Assembly (NCBI GenBank): GCA_040899905.1
Contig: JBBDZX010000005.1
Span: forward strand, 809,763-873,762
DNA length: 64,000 bases
DNA from: Anaerolineales bacterium
GTDB lineage: Bacteria; Chloroflexota; Anaerolineae; Anaerolineales; E44-bin32
Reading direction: 5' to 3'
Below, piece after piece: positions 30,390 through 41,849 of this stretch. Position 1 is the stretch's first letter, and each line of letters begins with the position of its first letter. The translations under genes were made by a program, and so were the position numbers. Below the pieces are notes generated by a model. It searched no databases, had not been told where the DNA came from, and saw nothing but the letters and a program-made list of their open reading frames with translations.

Positions 30390-32270
30390 ATGGGCAAGAT
30401 TATTGGCATCGATCTGGGGACCACTAACTCGGTCGTGGCGGTCATGGAAGGCGGCGAGCCGACTGTGATCCCATCCTCCGAAGGGGGCCGCTTAATTCCT
30501 TCCGTCGTCGCCATCAACCCGCGTACGAACGAGCGCCTCGTTGGCCAGGTCGCCCGGCGTCAAGCCATCATTAATCCGGAGAACACCATTTTCTCGATCA
30601 AGCGCTTCATGGGGCGCAAGTTTTCGGACCCCGAGGTACAGCGCGCCGTGGAGCTGGTGCCGTACAAGGTCACGGCTGCCGCCAACGGCGACGTTCGCGT
30701 GCAGATGGGCGGCAAGGAGTACTCCCCACCGGAAGTCTCGGCCATGATCCTGGCCAAGATCAAGGCCGACGCCGAAGCCTATCTCGGCCAGCCGGTCACG
30801 CAGGCCGTGATCACCGTCCCCGCCTACTTCAACGACTCCCAGCGGAATGCCACCAAGGATTGTGGCAAGATCGCCGGACTCGAGGTGATGCGGATCATCA
30901 ACGAACCCACGGCCTCCGCCCTTGCCTACGGCCTGGACCGGAAGAAAGACGAGACGATCGCAGTCTATGACCTCGGAGGCGGGACGTTCGACATTTCGAT
31001 CCTGGACGTGGGCGACGGCGTCTTCGAGGTCAAAGCCACCAACGGCGACACGTACCTGGGAGGCGACGACTTCGATCAGCGCGTGATCGACTGGGTCTCC
31101 AGCGAGTTTCAAAAGCAGCAGGGGATTGACCTGCGCAACGACCGTCAAGCTCTGCAGCGGCTCAAAGAAGCCGCCGAGAAGGCCAAGATCGAGCTCTCCA
31201 CCGTCCTGCAAACGGAGATCAATCTGCCGTTTATTACGGCCGACGCCAGCGGTCCGAAGCATCTCAACATGGTTCTCACCCGGGCCAAACTCGAGCAGTT
31301 GACCGAAGACCTGGTGGCCCGGTCGACCGGGCCCTGCCAGCAGGCCCTGCAGGACGCCGAGCTGGCGCCCGCCGACATCGACGAGATCGTCCTCGTCGGC
31401 GGGATGACGCGAATGCCCGCCGTCCAAGAGTCGGTCCGCAAGATCTTTGGCAAGGAGCCCCATAAGGGGGTCAACCCGGACGAGGTGGTGGCGATCGGCG
31501 CCGCCATCCAGGCCGGCGTATTGGGCGGCGAAGTCAAGGACATCCTGCTCCTGGACGTGACCCCCCTCACGCTCTCGATCGAGACCCTCGGCGGCGTCGC
31601 CACGGCGCTCATCGAGCGCAATACGACCGTCCCCACCCGCAAGAGTCAGGTCTTCTCCACCGCCTCGGACAGCCAGAACCAGGTGGAGATCCATGTGGTC
31701 CAGGGGGAACGGCCCTTTGCCGCGGACAACAAGTCGCTCGGCAAGTTCATCCTGGACGGGATACCGCCGGCCCCCCGCGGCGTGCCGCAGATCGAAGTGA
31801 CCTTTGACATCGACGCCGACGGGATTCTCAACGTCACCGCCACCGACCGCGCCACCCAGCGGACCCAGCACATCACCATCACGGCCTCCTCCGGCTTGTC
31901 GGAGGACGAGATCGAAAAGATGCGCAAGGAGGCGGAGCAACACGCCGACGAGGATCGGCGCCGCCGGGAGATGGTAGAAGCCCAGAACGCGGCCGACAGC
32001 GCAATCTACGGTGCTGAAAAGGCCCTGCGCGAGGCGGGCGACAAGGTCCCCGCCCCCGCGCGCGAGAAACTTCAAGCCCAAATCGACGCCGCCCGGCAGG
32101 CCGGGCAAAGCCAGAATCTGGACGCGATCCGAAAGACGACCCAGGAAGTGTTGCGAGGCGTCCAGGAGCTCGGCGCGGCGCAGACCCAAACTCCTCCCCC
32201 GGGGGGCGAAACGAGCGGCCCGAAAACGGGCGGAGAGGATGTGATTGACGGCGAATTCAAGGAGGCCTGA
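30390..32270 (+). CDS. dnaK: Chaperone Hsp70
   Basis: [25 protein letters not shown] and NPDEVVA motifs. Confidence 0.99.
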   Translation: MGKIIGIDLGTTNSVVAVMEGGEPTVIPSSEGGRLIPSVVAINPRTNERLVGQVARRQAIINPENTIFSIKRFMGRKFSDPEVQRAVELVPYKVTAAANGDVRVQMGGKEYSPPEVSAMILAKIKADAEAYLGQPVTQAVITVPAYFNDSQRNATKDCGKIAGLEVMRIINEPTASALAYGLDRKKDETIAVYDLGGGTFDISILDVGDGVFEVKATNGDTYLGGDDFDQRVIDWVSSEFQKQQGIDLRNDRQALQRLKEAAEKAKIELSTVLQTEINLPFITADASGPKHLNMVLTRAKLEQLTEDLVARSTGPCQQALQDAELAPADIDEIVLVGGMTRMPAVQESVRKIFGKEPHKGVNPDEVVAIGAAIQAGVLGGEVKDILLLDVTPLTLSIETLGGVATALIERNTTVPTRKSQVFSTASDSQNQVEIHVVQGERPFAADNKSLGKFILDGIPPAPRGVPQIEVTFDIDADGILNVTATDRATQRTQHITITASSGLSEDEIEKMRKEAEQHADEDRRRREMVEAQNAADSAIYGAEKALREAGDKVPAPAREKLQAQIDAARQAGQSQNLDAIRKTTQEVLRGVQELGAAQTQTPPPGGETSGPKTGGEDVIDGEFKEA

Positions 32271-32287
32271 GCACGCGTCCACCGCCC

Positions 32288-33403
32288 ATGGCTGAGAAAC
32301 GAGATTATTACGAGGCGTTAGGGGTCGGTCGCGACGCCTCGCCCGACGACATCCGCCGCGCCTACCGCAACCTTGCCAAGCAGTTCCACCCCGACGTTAA
32401 CAAAGACCCCAAGGCAGAAGAACGATTCAAAGAGATCAACGAAGCCTACGCCGTCCTCTCCGACGAGGAGCGGCGCAGCGCGTACGATCGCTACGGGACG
32501 GCCGATCTGCGCGGCGTCCCCTCGGATTTCGGATCCGGCCTTGGGGATCTCTTCGAAGAGTTCTTCGGCTTTGGCGGCGGCCGCCGGCGGTCCTCCCGGG
32601 CGCCTCGCCGCGGGGCCGACCTGCGGTATGACCTCGAGCTTTCGTTTGAAGAAGCCGTGTTCGGGCTCGAGAAGGAAATCGAGTTCAGCCGCCAGGAGCT
32701 CTGTTCCTCGTGCCGCGGTTCCGGCGCCGAGCCTGGCACCACTCCCACCCGATGCGCGACGTGCGGCGGGAGCGGGGAAGTGCGCCAGGTGCGGCAGACG
32801 TTCCTGGGCTCGATGGTGAACGTCAACACCTGTCCCACCTGCGGCGGCCGCGGCGAGACCATCACCACACCTTGCCGTACGTGCTCCGGGCGCGGCCTCG
32901 TGCGCGCGACGGTCCGGCGCTCGATTTCGGTTCCCGCAGGCGTAGACGAGGGCAACCAGATCCGCCTTTCCGGAGAAGGCGAGCCGGGAGCGCAAGGCGG
33001 GCCGAATGGAAACTTGTTTGTGGTCCTCCGGGTCCGCCCCCACAAGTTCTTCCGCCGACACGACCATGACCTCATCCTCGATCTTCGCATCAACGTGGCT
33101 CAGGCCGCGCTCGGGGCGAAGATTCAAGTCCCAACCCTGGAAGGCGAGGCGCCTTTGACCATCCACGCGGGGACTCAAACCGGAGAGATCCTGCGGCTGA
33201 AAGGAAAGGGAGTCCCGCGACTCCAGGGGAGCGGGCGAGGCGATCTCTTAGTTGTCCTGACGGCGCAGGTCCCCACCTCCCTCAGCTCCCGCCAGAAGTC
33301 TTTACTTCAAGAGCTCGGCGAAACCCTGGGCGGGGAAGTGGTGCCTCAGGAACAAGGCTTCCTCGACCGGCTGCGCGAGATGCTGGGGAGCCTTACCGAT
33401 TGA
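32288..33403 (+). CDS. dnaJ: Chaperone DnaJ
   Basis: J domain HPD motif; four CxxCxGxG repeats. Confidence 0.97.
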   Translation: MAEKRDYYEALGVGRDASPDDIRRAYRNLAKQFHPDVNKDPKAEERFKEINEAYAVLSDEERRSAYDRYGTADLRGVPSDFGSGLGDLFEEFFGFGGGRRRSSRAPRRGADLRYDLELSFEEAVFGLEKEIEFSRQELCSSCRGSGAEPGTTPTRCATCGGSGEVRQVRQTFLGSMVNVNTCPTCGGRGETITTPCRTCSGRGLVRATVRRSISVPAGVDEGNQIRLSGEGEPGAQGGPNGNLFVVLRVRPHKFFRRHDHDLILDLRINVAQAALGAKIQVPTLEGEAPLTIHAGTQTGEILRLKGKGVPRLQGSGRGDLLVVLTAQVPTSLSSRQKSLLQELGETLGGEVVPQEQGFLDRLREMLGSLTD

Positions 33404-34332
33404 AGTGGATGGAAGTCAGCCTGTCGGTCGAGGCCGAGGTGGCCGAGTCCACGGCCGACGTGCTGGCGAGGCACGCCCCGGGGGGCGTCGTTCTTCAGAT
33501 CGAACACAACGCCGGGGAGCATTCTCCAACCGAGAGCGGACGCGAGCCGCCGATCCGGGTGTTGGCCTATTACCGCCTGGATGATAGCTGGGCTGGCACA
33601 CGCGTTGAAATCGAACGCGGCCTTTGGCACTTGGGCCAAATCCGGCCGCTGCCGGAGCCCGTCCTGCGCGAGGTCGAGGAGGAAGATTGGGCCGAGACCT
33701 GGAAGCGCAACTACCGCCCCCTGCCCATCGGCCGAAGCCTGCTGATCCTTCCGAGTTGGATTCCGGCCGGCGAGACGACGCGTCACATCCTGAAGATCGA
33801 TCCCGGTCAAGCGTTCGGCACTGGAACCCATCCCTCGACCCAGCTCTGCCTGCACCTCCTGGAAGATCAAATTCAACCCGGCGATCGCGTCGTGGACTTG
33901 GGATGCGGGTCCGGCATCTTGAGCGTCGCCGCCGCACGTCTGGGAGCGACCTCCGTCCTGGCGCTCGATCTCGATGACCAAGCCGTTCTCGCCGCCGAGG
34001 AAAACGCGCGGCGGAATGGCCTGGCCGGGTGCATTACCGTGACGAAGGGATCCCTCGCCGAAATGGCCTCCAACGCATGGTGGCGTGCCGGCCCCGCCCG
34101 GATTCTGGTGGCCAATATTCTCTTCGGAGTGATCGTCGACTTGCTGCGCGCCGGGCTGGCCCGGGCGGTCACGCCAGGGGGATCCACGATCCTGTCGGGG
34201 ATTCTGAGGGAACAGGCGCAGGCGTTCGAACGCGAGATCCTATCTTCCGGTCTGATCTGCGTCGAACGCCGCGACCTCGAGGATTGGTCGGCCTGGGTGG
34301 TACGAACCACCGCCCCCGAAGGGGCGGTCTAG
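33400..34332 (+). CDS. prmA: Ribosomal protein L11 methyltransferase
   Basis: EEDWAETWK, DPGQAFGTGTHPST, DLGCGSGIL and VANI motifs; follows dnaJ. Confidence 0.94.
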   Translation: MKWMEVSLSVEAEVAESTADVLARHAPGGVVLQIEHNAGEHSPTESGREPPIRVLAYYRLDDSWAGTRVEIERGLWHLGQIRPLPEPVLREVEEEDWAETWKRNYRPLPIGRSLLILPSWIPAGETTRHILKIDPGQAFGTGTHPSTQLCLHLLEDQIQPGDRVVDLGCGSGILSVAAARLGATSVLALDLDDQAVLAAEENARRNGLAGCITVTKGSLAEMASNAWWRAGPARILVANILFGVIVDLLRAGLARAVTPGGSTILSGILREQAQAFEREILSSGLICVERRDLEDWSAWVVRTTAPEGAV

Positions 34333-34357
34333 AGATGATCCAACTCATTCCATCGAG

Positions 34358-34615
34358 CTAGACGACGACTTCTTCTTCCCCATTCAAGCCACGTTTCCGG
34401 TGGCGGTACGTGATGCGGCCCCGAGTCAAATCGTACGGGGAGAGCTCAACCCGGACGCGATCCCCGAGTAGGATGCGAATGTAGTTCTTTCGCATCTTCC
34501 CGGAAAGATAGGCCAGGACGTTGTGGCCGTTGTCCAGTTTGACCCGAAACTGAGTCGAAGGCAGGGCCTCCACCACCGAGCCCTCCACCTCGATCTTTTC
34601 TTCCTTCTGTGGCAT
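34358..34615 (-). CDS. infA: Translation initiation factor IF-1
   Basis: [40 protein letters not shown]. Confidence 0.96.
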   Translation of the reverse strand: MPQKEEKIEVEGSVVEALPSTQFRVKLDNGHNVLAYLSGKMRKNYIRILLGDRVRVELSPYDLTRGRITYRHRKRGLNGEEEVVV

Positions 34616-34622
34616 TCCGCCT

Positions 34623-34835
34623 CTAGCCTTCCGGACGGACCGTGGGGCGCTTCCGCTCACGCCTCTTCAGGCGTCGGATCGCCTTCTTCTTTTGAATACG
34701 GCGCAACTCACTCTTGGAAACAAACCAGCGCTTGCGGCGGACGGTGCTCAAGATCCCGCTCTTGGCCACCTTCTTGCGAAAGCGCTTCAGAAGCTGATCC
34801 TGGCTTTCATTGGGTCGCAGAACCACCGTTGCCAT
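34623..34835 (-). CDS. rpsU: 30S ribosomal protein bS21
   Basis: [34 protein letters not shown]; basic, 70 aa. Confidence 0.9.
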   Translation of the reverse strand: MATVVLRPNESQDQLLKRFRKKVAKSGILSTVRRKRWFVSKSELRRIQKKKAIRRLKRRERKRPTVRPEG

Positions 34836-34841
34836 CTAATC

Positions 34842-35933
34842 TCACCCCCCTTCCGGTCCGGAGCCATCTCCGGAAGACTCGCCGCTGGGGCGGAGTTCGA
34901 GGCGCTCGCGTTCGGGCTCGAACGCGGCCACCTCGACGGTGACCCGGTTCCCGGGCGCAAAGAGCTCCGGGTCGTCGGGCATCGGCAACAGTCCTTCGAG
35001 GCCGTCTTCGAATTGAATCAGGACCCCGGCCGCGCTCAGTCGCGCGACCACACCTTCCATCTTTCCGCCCACCACCAGGTTCTCGGCAGCGGCCTTCCAG
35101 GGGTTCGGCAGAAGCCGTTTGAGGCTGAGGCCGATCCGATTGGCCTCTCGATCGAGCCGGATGATCATCGCCTCGACTCGCTGCCCCACGGAAAGGATCT
35201 GCCCGGGGTCTTCCACGCGCCGCCAGGAAAGTTCCGAGATGTGGATCAAACCATCGGCGCCTCCGATGTCGACGAAGGCGCCGAATTCTCTCAGGCTGGT
35301 CACGACACCGGAGCGGACTTCGCCTTCGTTAAGCGTGTCCATGATCCGGCCCTTCTGATCCTGTCGCCACTGGCGGATCGCCTTCCGCTCCGACAGCACC
35401 AGGCGCTGCCGCTGCGGGTCGACCTCGATGACCTTGAAGGGCATCTTGCGTCCCACCAGGGTCTTGAGATATCCGGCGCGGCCGTCCTCGTCCAACCCAC
35501 GCGGCAGTTCCGAGATGTGGGAGGCCGGGACGAATCCGCGCAACCGTCCGAAGGGAACGATCAGTCCGCCGCGGTTGTGCGCGGTGGGAGTGGCCTCCAG
35601 GATCGATTCCTCCTCGAGCAAACGCGCCGCCTCCAGCCAATCCCCGCTCTCGCGGGCCTGGGCCAGGGAGACCACCAGATTGCCGTCCCGGTCAATCGGC
35701 TCGACCACCATCACCGAGACCTCGTCGCCCACTTTCAGTGAGGATTCGGTCGGTGGCAGTTTCTCCAGATCAATGCGCGAGATGACGCCGTCGCGCTTCA
35801 AGCCGACGTCCACGATCATCCCATGCGAGTCCATGGCGATGATCGTGCCGCGCAACAGGTCCCCCCGTTGCGGGGCGGACCGCTCACCCTCCTGGGCCAG
35901 CAGCGCTTCCATTTCTTCTCGAGGCGAAGTCAT
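34842..35933 (-). CDS. S1 RNA-binding domain protein (four-domain ribosomal S1-like)
   Basis: Repeated S1 motifs (GFVPASHI, FGAFVDIGGADGLIHISELSW). Confidence 0.88.
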   Translation of the reverse strand: MTSPREEMEALLAQEGERSAPQRGDLLRGTIIAMDSHGMIVDVGLKRDGVISRIDLEKLPPTESSLKVGDEVSVMVVEPIDRDGNLVVSLAQARESGDWLEAARLLEEESILEATPTAHNRGGLIVPFGRLRGFVPASHISELPRGLDEDGRAGYLKTLVGRKMPFKVIEVDPQRQRLVLSERKAIRQWRQDQKGRIMDTLNEGEVRSGVVTSLREFGAFVDIGGADGLIHISELSWRRVEDPGQILSVGQRVEAMIIRLDREANRIGLSLKRLLPNPWKAAAENLVVGGKMEGVVARLSAAGVLIQFEDGLEGLLPMPDDPELFAPGNRVTVEVAAFEPERERLELRPSGESSGDGSGPEGG

Positions 35934-36105
35934 CCTATTCCATCACCACACAAGAATCGGCCTGGTCGCTCACCTGCAAGCCCACCAGGCCAATCGTTGA
36001 AGTACCTGAACCAACGACTCGACCGAGGTTCTGCCCTGGGTTCTCTCCTGTCCATGGGCCTCGAGCGTGGCGGATACGAGCCGTCCGCTCGATTTCGTAG
36101 GCTTG

Positions 36106-36111
36106 ATTATA
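36106..36111 (-). promoter_or_regulatory. -10 element (GGTATAAT) of the S1-rpsU-infA operon
   Basis: Perfect TATAAT about 170 nt upstream of the S1 ATG. Confidence 0.6.
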
Positions 36112-36172
36112 CCCTCGGGAATATCCGAAGTCAATTTATTTCCCCGCCGACGCCCGGCGGGGCCGTTTCCGA

Positions 36173-36679
36173 TCAGACCAGCTGGTTCAGAAGCGCCTGG
36201 GATCCCCGGCGATCGACCTCCCAGGGATACACGATGAAGGCATCCGTGATGGCGGCATAGTAGCTCGGCTGGGCCTGGGTGAGCAGGCTCCGGTAGGGGT
36301 TGTAGTGCAGCACGCAGGTCTCGACCTGGCCTCCGGAAGCTTCCACCCTTCCCCGCACCGCGGTGATCGTCCGACCCGATCCCCATACGTCGTCCACAAT
36401 GAGGAACTTTCGCCCCCGCAACTTGTCTTCCTCAGGAAACTGGATGAATTGGGGCCAGGCCAGGAGTTTCGCCGCCTCCTGTTGGGACTTGAATGGGAAG
36501 TCCACGGCGGCCGTCAGGACGATTTGTAGTCCCATCGCCTCGCTCAATAGGCCGCCGGGGATAATTCCGCCGCGCGTGATCAGGACCATGCCATCATACC
36601 CGCCGCGAAACTGCGGCAGCAGGTGGTCGATGAGACCGTCGACCTCCTGCCATGTGATCCATTCTCTTCGAATCGCCAT
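36173..36679 (-). CDS. Type I phosphoribosyltransferase (purine PRT-like)
   Basis: ITRGG..PG and LIVDDVWGSGRT (PRPP loop), IVYPWE; AAGGGAGG RBS. Confidence 0.88.
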   Translation of the reverse strand: MAIRREWITWQEVDGLIDHLLPQFRGGYDGMVLITRGGIIPGGLLSEAMGLQIVLTAAVDFPFKSQQEAAKLLAWPQFIQFPEEDKLRGRKFLIVDDVWGSGRTITAVRGRVEASGGQVETCVLHYNPYRSLLTQAQPSYYAAITDAFIVYPWEVDRRGSQALLNQLV

Positions 36680-36768
36680 CGGCCCTCCCTTAACACGCCC
36701 TCCGCTTGTCGAAGCCCTCTGCATTCCGCCCGTGCCGGCCGATCCGTTCACCCCAGTCCTGCTTCTCG

Positions 36769-36791
36769 CCCTCTCCCTGTCAGGGAGAGGG
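36769..36791. repeat. REP-like palindrome CCCTCTCCC..GGGAGAGGG
   Basis: 10-bp perfect stem CCCTCTCCCT-GTC-AGGGAGAGGG in intergenic DNA. Confidence 0.5.
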
Positions 36792-36844
36792 GATTCAAGG
36801 ACATCCTCGAATGAGGTGGGCGAAGAGTTTGAGGTTACCCGACG

Positions 36845-37027
36845 TCAGCCGCTCAATGCCTTGGCCAGCTCGAGAAATTCCTTCCACTCTTCATCAAAGA
36901 AATGCACGGTCACCGACCCCAGCTCGAGGTGATAGGTGACCTCTCCATCCGGCTCTTCCGCTTTCCAGGCGATGAACTCACCCGTCTCAGCTAGCGTGTG
37001 CGTCCGAACATGCCGTCCCTCATCCAT
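36845..37027 (-). CDS. Small hypothetical protein (60 aa)
   Basis: GGAGGGG RBS; overlaps the upstream stop; globular composition. Confidence 0.7.
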   Translation of the reverse strand: MDEGRHVRTHTLAETGEFIAWKAEEPDGEVTYHLELGSVTVHFFDEEWKEFLELAKALSG

Positions 37028-37340
37028 GTCCTACCCCTCCCGAATCTTCAGGCGTGCTTTCGAAGGCCGTCAGGACCTGGCTTAGGGCCGCCAGGCTGGC
37101 TCCGGAATGAGCGATCCCATCCAGCGAGTCGATCCGATAGCGCCGGCCGAGTTCGTTGGCGACGAAGGTGGGCGACGCCATCGCCTCCTGCACGCACTTC
37201 TGAATTCCGCGCCTGCGCTCGGGCAGCCACGAGCGCACCTCGCGGGTCCAAAACACCCGGTAGCTGAACGAGGCAGCGTTCGGGGGCGGGTTTGAATTCG
37301 GCCGCCACCACCGTCGGAGTCGTTCCCGCACGGAGGTCAT
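37020..37340 (-). CDS. Hypothetical protein
   Basis: ATG 37340 in an ATGA overlap with the GNAT gene; coupled to the downstream gene. Confidence 0.65.
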   Translation of the reverse strand: MTSVRERLRRWWRPNSNPPPNAASFSYRVFWTREVRSWLPERRRGIQKCVQEAMASPTFVANELGRRYRIDSLDGIAHSGASLAALSQVLTAFESTPEDSGGVGHG

Positions 37341-38209
37341 CGGCGGCGCTCGAACAGCCATAGCGGTTCTTCGGACTCGGGTTCGAAACCCCCCTGGACG
37401 AGGCCGTCAACGGAAGCCTCGCTCTCAGGGGCGACCCATAACCCACTCACGCTTCCCATGGAAGCTGCCAGTCTTGGGATATCCGCCAAGAAGGATGCCG
37501 CGGCGTCCGTAGGACGCGCCATGGCCGATATCGTCAAGGACGGCCCATCCGGACCGGTTTCCAAGCGGGTCACAAGAATCCCCTGGCTTTGCCCCCACGT
37601 CCAGAGTCCACCGCTTCTAGCGGCGGCCGCGATTCGATCGGGATCTACTCCAGCATACCTCCACCCGAGGTCCATCCAACCCGCCAGGGCGCGCTGGACC
37701 GGCGACTCGAGGAGCTGGGTCACGGCGCCCTCGACATCCTGCAAGCCGGCGGGCCGGAAGCGGTGATCGCCTGGATGGGCTCGAAAGCCCAGAGGGATCA
37801 CGGACGCCATGCGCAGGAACCCGGTTCTCTCACACATTCGATGGACCGCCGTCCGGCTTCGATGCGTGGCCAGGCGAACGACGGAGGCGTCCGTCCGGAG
37901 CCAATTCTCGACTTGGTAGTCGTGCAGGTGAGAGCCGATGTGCCGGCCGTGGAGGCGGGGATCCACTCGCAGACCCTCCAGCCACCATTCGCCGCGGCCG
38001 AGGTCCACCAGATGGCTGAGACCGACGACGTGTCCCTCGAGCAAGGCCGCGGCAAAGTAGCCGCCCTTCTCCTCGAGCCACGCGTCCCACACCCCGGGGA
38101 CGTAATCTTCCCCCTCCCAAATCAAGGGCAGGAAGTCCATCACGGATTCGCGGTCGGACAGGAGCGCGGGTCGGCACACAACTTCCGGTGCAGTCAGCAT
38201 GGGGTTCAA
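37337..38209 (-). CDS. GNAT N-acetyltransferase
   Basis: WLEGLRVDP..HGRHIGS acetyl-CoA motif; ERTGF. Confidence 0.85.
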   Translation of the reverse strand: MNPMLTAPEVVCRPALLSDRESVMDFLPLIWEGEDYVPGVWDAWLEEKGGYFAAALLEGHVVGLSHLVDLGRGEWWLEGLRVDPRLHGRHIGSHLHDYQVENWLRTDASVVRLATHRSRTAVHRMCERTGFLRMASVIPLGFRAHPGDHRFRPAGLQDVEGAVTQLLESPVQRALAGWMDLGWRYAGVDPDRIAAAARSGGLWTWGQSQGILVTRLETGPDGPSLTISAMARPTDAAASFLADIPRLAASMGSVSGLWVAPESEASVDGLVQGGFEPESEEPLWLFERRR

Positions 38210-38288
38210 GGATCCGAGGAGGGTCGGGGTCTCCGGGGCGGGTCTCGTCTGACCGAGGCCGCCCGGCGGGCATGTCTGCAGCCCGAGG

Positions 38289-39557
38289 TCAGGCGCGCGA
38301 CTTTCTCCTGGCTGCGGTGAACGACCGCAGTCGCGCTATCCAAGAGGGTCGGGGGGCTATTCGCTTTATCGGTTCCGAATCCTCCGGCCAGGTCTCCAAC
38401 CCAACGGTCTTGCGGTAGAGGTACCCGAGCCAGAGACGCCCGGTTGCGATCACGGGCGCGGCGAGCAGGACACCCAGAATCCCCGCCATGGTTCCGCCCA
38501 CGATGGCGCCGAGCAACACGACCATGGGGTGGAGATTCAGGCTGCCCCCAATGATCCGAGGCACCAACAGGTTGTTCTCAATCTGCTGGATGACAAAGGA
38601 AACTCCGACCACGACCAGGGCAAACGCCCCCGGGGTCAGGCCCAGGGAATTGGTCCCCTGGAAGAGAGCCACGAGGACGGCAAGCACGCCAGCCACGATA
38701 GGGCCGAAGGTCGGCACGAGCTCGAGAATACCGGCGATCAACCCGAGGACCAGCGCGAACCGAAGTCCGACGGCCGCTAACGCGATTCCGGTCAGCACGC
38801 CCACGACCGCGCCGAGGATCAGCTGTCCCCGGATGAACGCTCTCCAGACCTGTTGGGTGCCTTTCAAGAGCCGCTGCACGTCGGACTGGTAGGCGTGAGG
38901 GACGAAGTGCATCACGTACTTGTCCAACCCGCCAAGATCGAGCAGCAGATAGTAGCCGAAGAGCATGACGACCAGGAACAGGGCCACCACGGACGCGGTC
39001 GCGCCGGCCAGAGAGGCGAGCAGCGCACCGGTCTGGGCCAACAGCGGCTGCACAGCGGATCCGACCGAACCGAGCAACGGGTTGATGACCGTCGATAGAT
39101 CGATGACGTACGGCCCCACGACCAGGGTCATTTCGGAAAGGCGCGCCAGGAAGTCCGGGAGCTGCGCGGACAGCGTGCCGAGGTCGTTCACCAGGCCGAC
39201 GAATTGCTGGGAGATGATCAGGCCCGTGGCGGCGGTGAGGCCGCCGACCACGAGGACGATGACGGCGTACATGAGCAAAACCGAGAGCCAGCGTGGAATC
39301 CGGAGGATCCGGCTGAGACCGCTGACCAAGGGGTCGAGCAGATAGGCAAGGAGGAAACCCAGGATGACGGGGATCAATAATCGTCCCAGCCGAAGAAGAA
39401 GGCCGAGGCCGATTACCAGAAGAAGGATCGCCGCCACGAGCCGAGCGTGGGGCTGCCAGGGCGGCGACTCCGCCGCCGACGGCCGCTTACGGTCCGGGGG
39501 TGCGGTCACGCCGGAAGTCCTTACTCCGGCTCTGGGGCCGCGAACACGACGTGCCAC
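38289..39557 (-). CDS. AI-2E (PerM) family transporter
   Basis: LAYLLDPLV, FIRGQL, ELVPTFGP and QQIENNLLVPRIIG..LNLHP motifs; start uncertain. Confidence 0.9.
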   Translation of the reverse strand: MARRVRGPRAGVRTSGVTAPPDRKRPSAAESPPWQPHARLVAAILLLVIGLGLLLRLGRLLIPVILGFLLAYLLDPLVSGLSRILRIPRWLSVLLMYAVIVLVVGGLTAATGLIISQQFVGLVNDLGTLSAQLPDFLARLSEMTLVVGPYVIDLSTVINPLLGSVGSAVQPLLAQTGALLASLAGATASVVALFLVVMLFGYYLLLDLGGLDKYVMHFVPHAYQSDVQRLLKGTQQVWRAFIRGQLILGAVVGVLTGIALAAVGLRFALVLGLIAGILELVPTFGPIVAGVLAVLVALFQGTNSLGLTPGAFALVVVGVSFVIQQIENNLLVPRIIGGSLNLHPMVVLLGAIVGGTMAGILGVLLAAPVIATGRLWLGYLYRKTVGLETWPEDSEPIKRIAPRPSWIARLRSFTAARRKSRA

Positions 39558-39616
39558 CTTGCCTCTCTTCCGAAAGAGACCCCGCTCCCGGCGTTCCGGG
39601 TGATCGGGGTCCCGGA

Positions 39617-41833
39617 TTAGCGCGGTCTTCCGCGGCTGGGGCCGCTTCGGCCGCCGCGATCGCGGCCACCGGACGACGGACCACGTCCTTCGCCCGTCGG
39701 CGGACGGCGCTTGTTGGCGCGGTCGCGCTCGATCGCTTCCTCGGCGGTCCAGCCTTCGAGCACCGCGGTGCGCGAGAGACGGACCTTACCGTCCGGATCG
39801 ATGTTCGTGACCATCACGGTCAACTCATCGCCCACCTTGGCCACATCTTCCACTTTCTCCACGCGCTGGCTGTCGAGCTGTGAAATGTGCACCATCCCAT
39901 CCACATGGGGAAGGATGGATACGAAAGCGCCGAAATCGGTCGTCCGGACGACTCGGCCGGTGTAGATTCGCCCGATCACAGGCGACTCGACCAGGCGCTC
40001 GATCAACTCGCGCGCTTTCTCGGCTTTGGTCCCGTCCGAAGCGGCGATGTACACGGATCCGTCGTCCTCGATGTCGATCTTGGCCCCGCTCTGCTCCTGG
40101 ATGCTCCGGATCATCTTCCCGCCAGGGCCGATGATCGCTCCAATTTTCTCCGGGTCCACCTTCAGGACGGTCATGCGCGGCGCGTGTTCCTTGAGCTCGG
40201 GGCGCGGCCGGGGCATCGCCGCCTCGATCGTGTCGAGAATCGCCAGCCGTGCCCGCCGCGCCTGCGCCAGGGCTTCCTGCAGGACGGCCATCGACAGGCC
40301 TTTGATCTTGATGTCCATTTGCAGCGCGGTCACACCCTGGCGCGTGCCCGCCACTTTGAAATCCATGTCCCCAACGTGGTCTTCGACGCCCTGGATGTCC
40401 GTCAGGACCACGCTGCGATCGCCTTCCTTGACCAGGCCCATGGCGATGCCTGCCACCGCGGCCCGAATGGGGACGCCCGTGTCGAGCAGGGCCAGCGTCG
40501 ACGCACACACCGAAGCCATGGACGTCGAACCGTTCGAGGATAGGACTTCGGAGACCAAACGCATGGTGTAAGGGAAATCGCTCTCCGGGGGCAGGACGGG
40601 CAGCATCGCTCGTTCGGCCAATGCGCCGTGACCGATATCCCGGCGGGACGCGCCGCGCAGCATCCGCGCCTCACCCACCGAGAACGGCGGGAAGTTGTAG
40701 TGGTGGATGTAGCGTTTCTCATTGATCGGCGAAAGACCATCGAGCTCCTGGGCCTCGCGCGGCGTCCCCAGGGTGGCCATCGTCAGGACCTGGGTCTCGC
40801 CCCGGCTGAACAGCCCTGAACCGTGAGCGCGCGGGCTGATGTCCACCTCTGCGGAGAGGGGCCGCAGGCCATCTGGCTTCCGTCCATCCGGCCGCTGCCC
40901 GCTTTGGACGATCTGCCGGCGGGCGGCCGACTTGTAGGCTTCGCTGACGGCTTTGCGGACCGCCGGTTCCTCATAACGGCCGTCTACCCCAAGTTCGGCG
41001 ACGGCTTCGACTTCCATCGCCTCCAGGGCATCTCCGGATTCCTTCTTATTCATCGGCGTCTGGGCCAAGGTTTCCATGCGGTCGCCCATCCAGGACCGGA
41101 GCGCTTCCTCCAGTCCGTCGGGGAGGCGGTACGGCGTATACGCGGCCTTGGGACGTCCGAGAGCGGCGCGCAATTTTTCCTGGAGTTCGAGCAGAGGCTG
41201 CATCCCCTTATGCGCCGCCTCGAGTCCCTCAAGGATGACGGACTCTTCCACGTCCCCCGCCCCGCACTCGACCATGAGGATCGCTTCGCGGGTCCCCGCC
41301 ACGCGCAGGTCGAGGTCTGATTCCTCGGTCTCCTGGTAGGTGGGGTTGATGATGAACTTGCCGTCCAGCCGCGCCACGCGCACCGCGCCCACGGGCCCCG
41401 CGAACGGGATATCCGAGACGGTAAGAGCGGCCGACGCGGCGACGACGGCCAGGACATCGATCTGGGCCTCTCCATCCGAGGACAGGGCGGTGAGGATGAT
41501 TTGAACATCGTTGCGTAAGTCTTTGGGAAACAGGGGGCGCAGGGGACGATCCGTCAGCCGGGCGGTGAGGATCGCGGCTTCGGATGGGCGCCCCTCCCGG
41601 CGGAAGAAGGAACCGGGGATGCGGCCGCCCGCGTAGAGACGCTCTTCGTAATCTACGGTGAGGGGGAAGAAGTCAATGCCCTCACGGGGCTTCCCCATCG
41701 TGGCCGTCGCCAGCAAGAGGGTGTCGGCCTGACGAATGGTGACCGCGCCGTTGGCTTGACCCGCCAGCTTGCCGGTCTCAATCGTGATGGTTTTCCCATC
41801 CACGACCGCGCTGAAACTTTGTCCTGTGGACAT
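39617..41833 (-). CDS. pnp: Polyribonucleotide nucleotidyltransferase
   Basis: [25 protein letters not shown] and GDMDFKVAG motifs; KH and S1 domains. Confidence 0.98.
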   Translation of the reverse strand: MSTGQSFSAVVDGKTITIETGKLAGQANGAVTIRQADTLLLATATMGKPREGIDFFPLTVDYEERLYAGGRIPGSFFRREGRPSEAAILTARLTDRPLRPLFPKDLRNDVQIILTALSSDGEAQIDVLAVVAASAALTVSDIPFAGPVGAVRVARLDGKFIINPTYQETEESDLDLRVAGTREAILMVECGAGDVEESVILEGLEAAHKGMQPLLELQEKLRAALGRPKAAYTPYRLPDGLEEALRSWMGDRMETLAQTPMNKKESGDALEAMEVEAVAELGVDGRYEEPAVRKAVSEAYKSAARRQIVQSGQRPDGRKPDGLRPLSAEVDISPRAHGSGLFSRGETQVLTMATLGTPREAQELDGLSPINEKRYIHHYNFPPFSVGEARMLRGASRRDIGHGALAERAMLPVLPPESDFPYTMRLVSEVLSSNGSTSMASVCASTLALLDTGVPIRAAVAGIAMGLVKEGDRSVVLTDIQGVEDHVGDMDFKVAGTRQGVTALQMDIKIKGLSMAVLQEALAQARRARLAILDTIEAAMPRPRPELKEHAPRMTVLKVDPEKIGAIIGPGGKMIRSIQEQSGAKIDIEDDGSVYIAASDGTKAEKARELIERLVESPVIGRIYTGRVVRTTDFGAFVSILPHVDGMVHISQLDSQRVEKVEDVAKVGDELTVMVTNIDPDGKVRLSRTAVLEGWTAEEAIERDRANKRRPPTGEGRGPSSGGRDRGGRSGPSRGRPR

Positions 41834-41849
41834 ACCTATCCCTTCGCAG

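Noticed and set aside
30492-32282. 596-aa ORF antisense to dnaK
   Set aside because: Known shadow ORF opposite dnaK in GC-rich genomes; no independent motifs.
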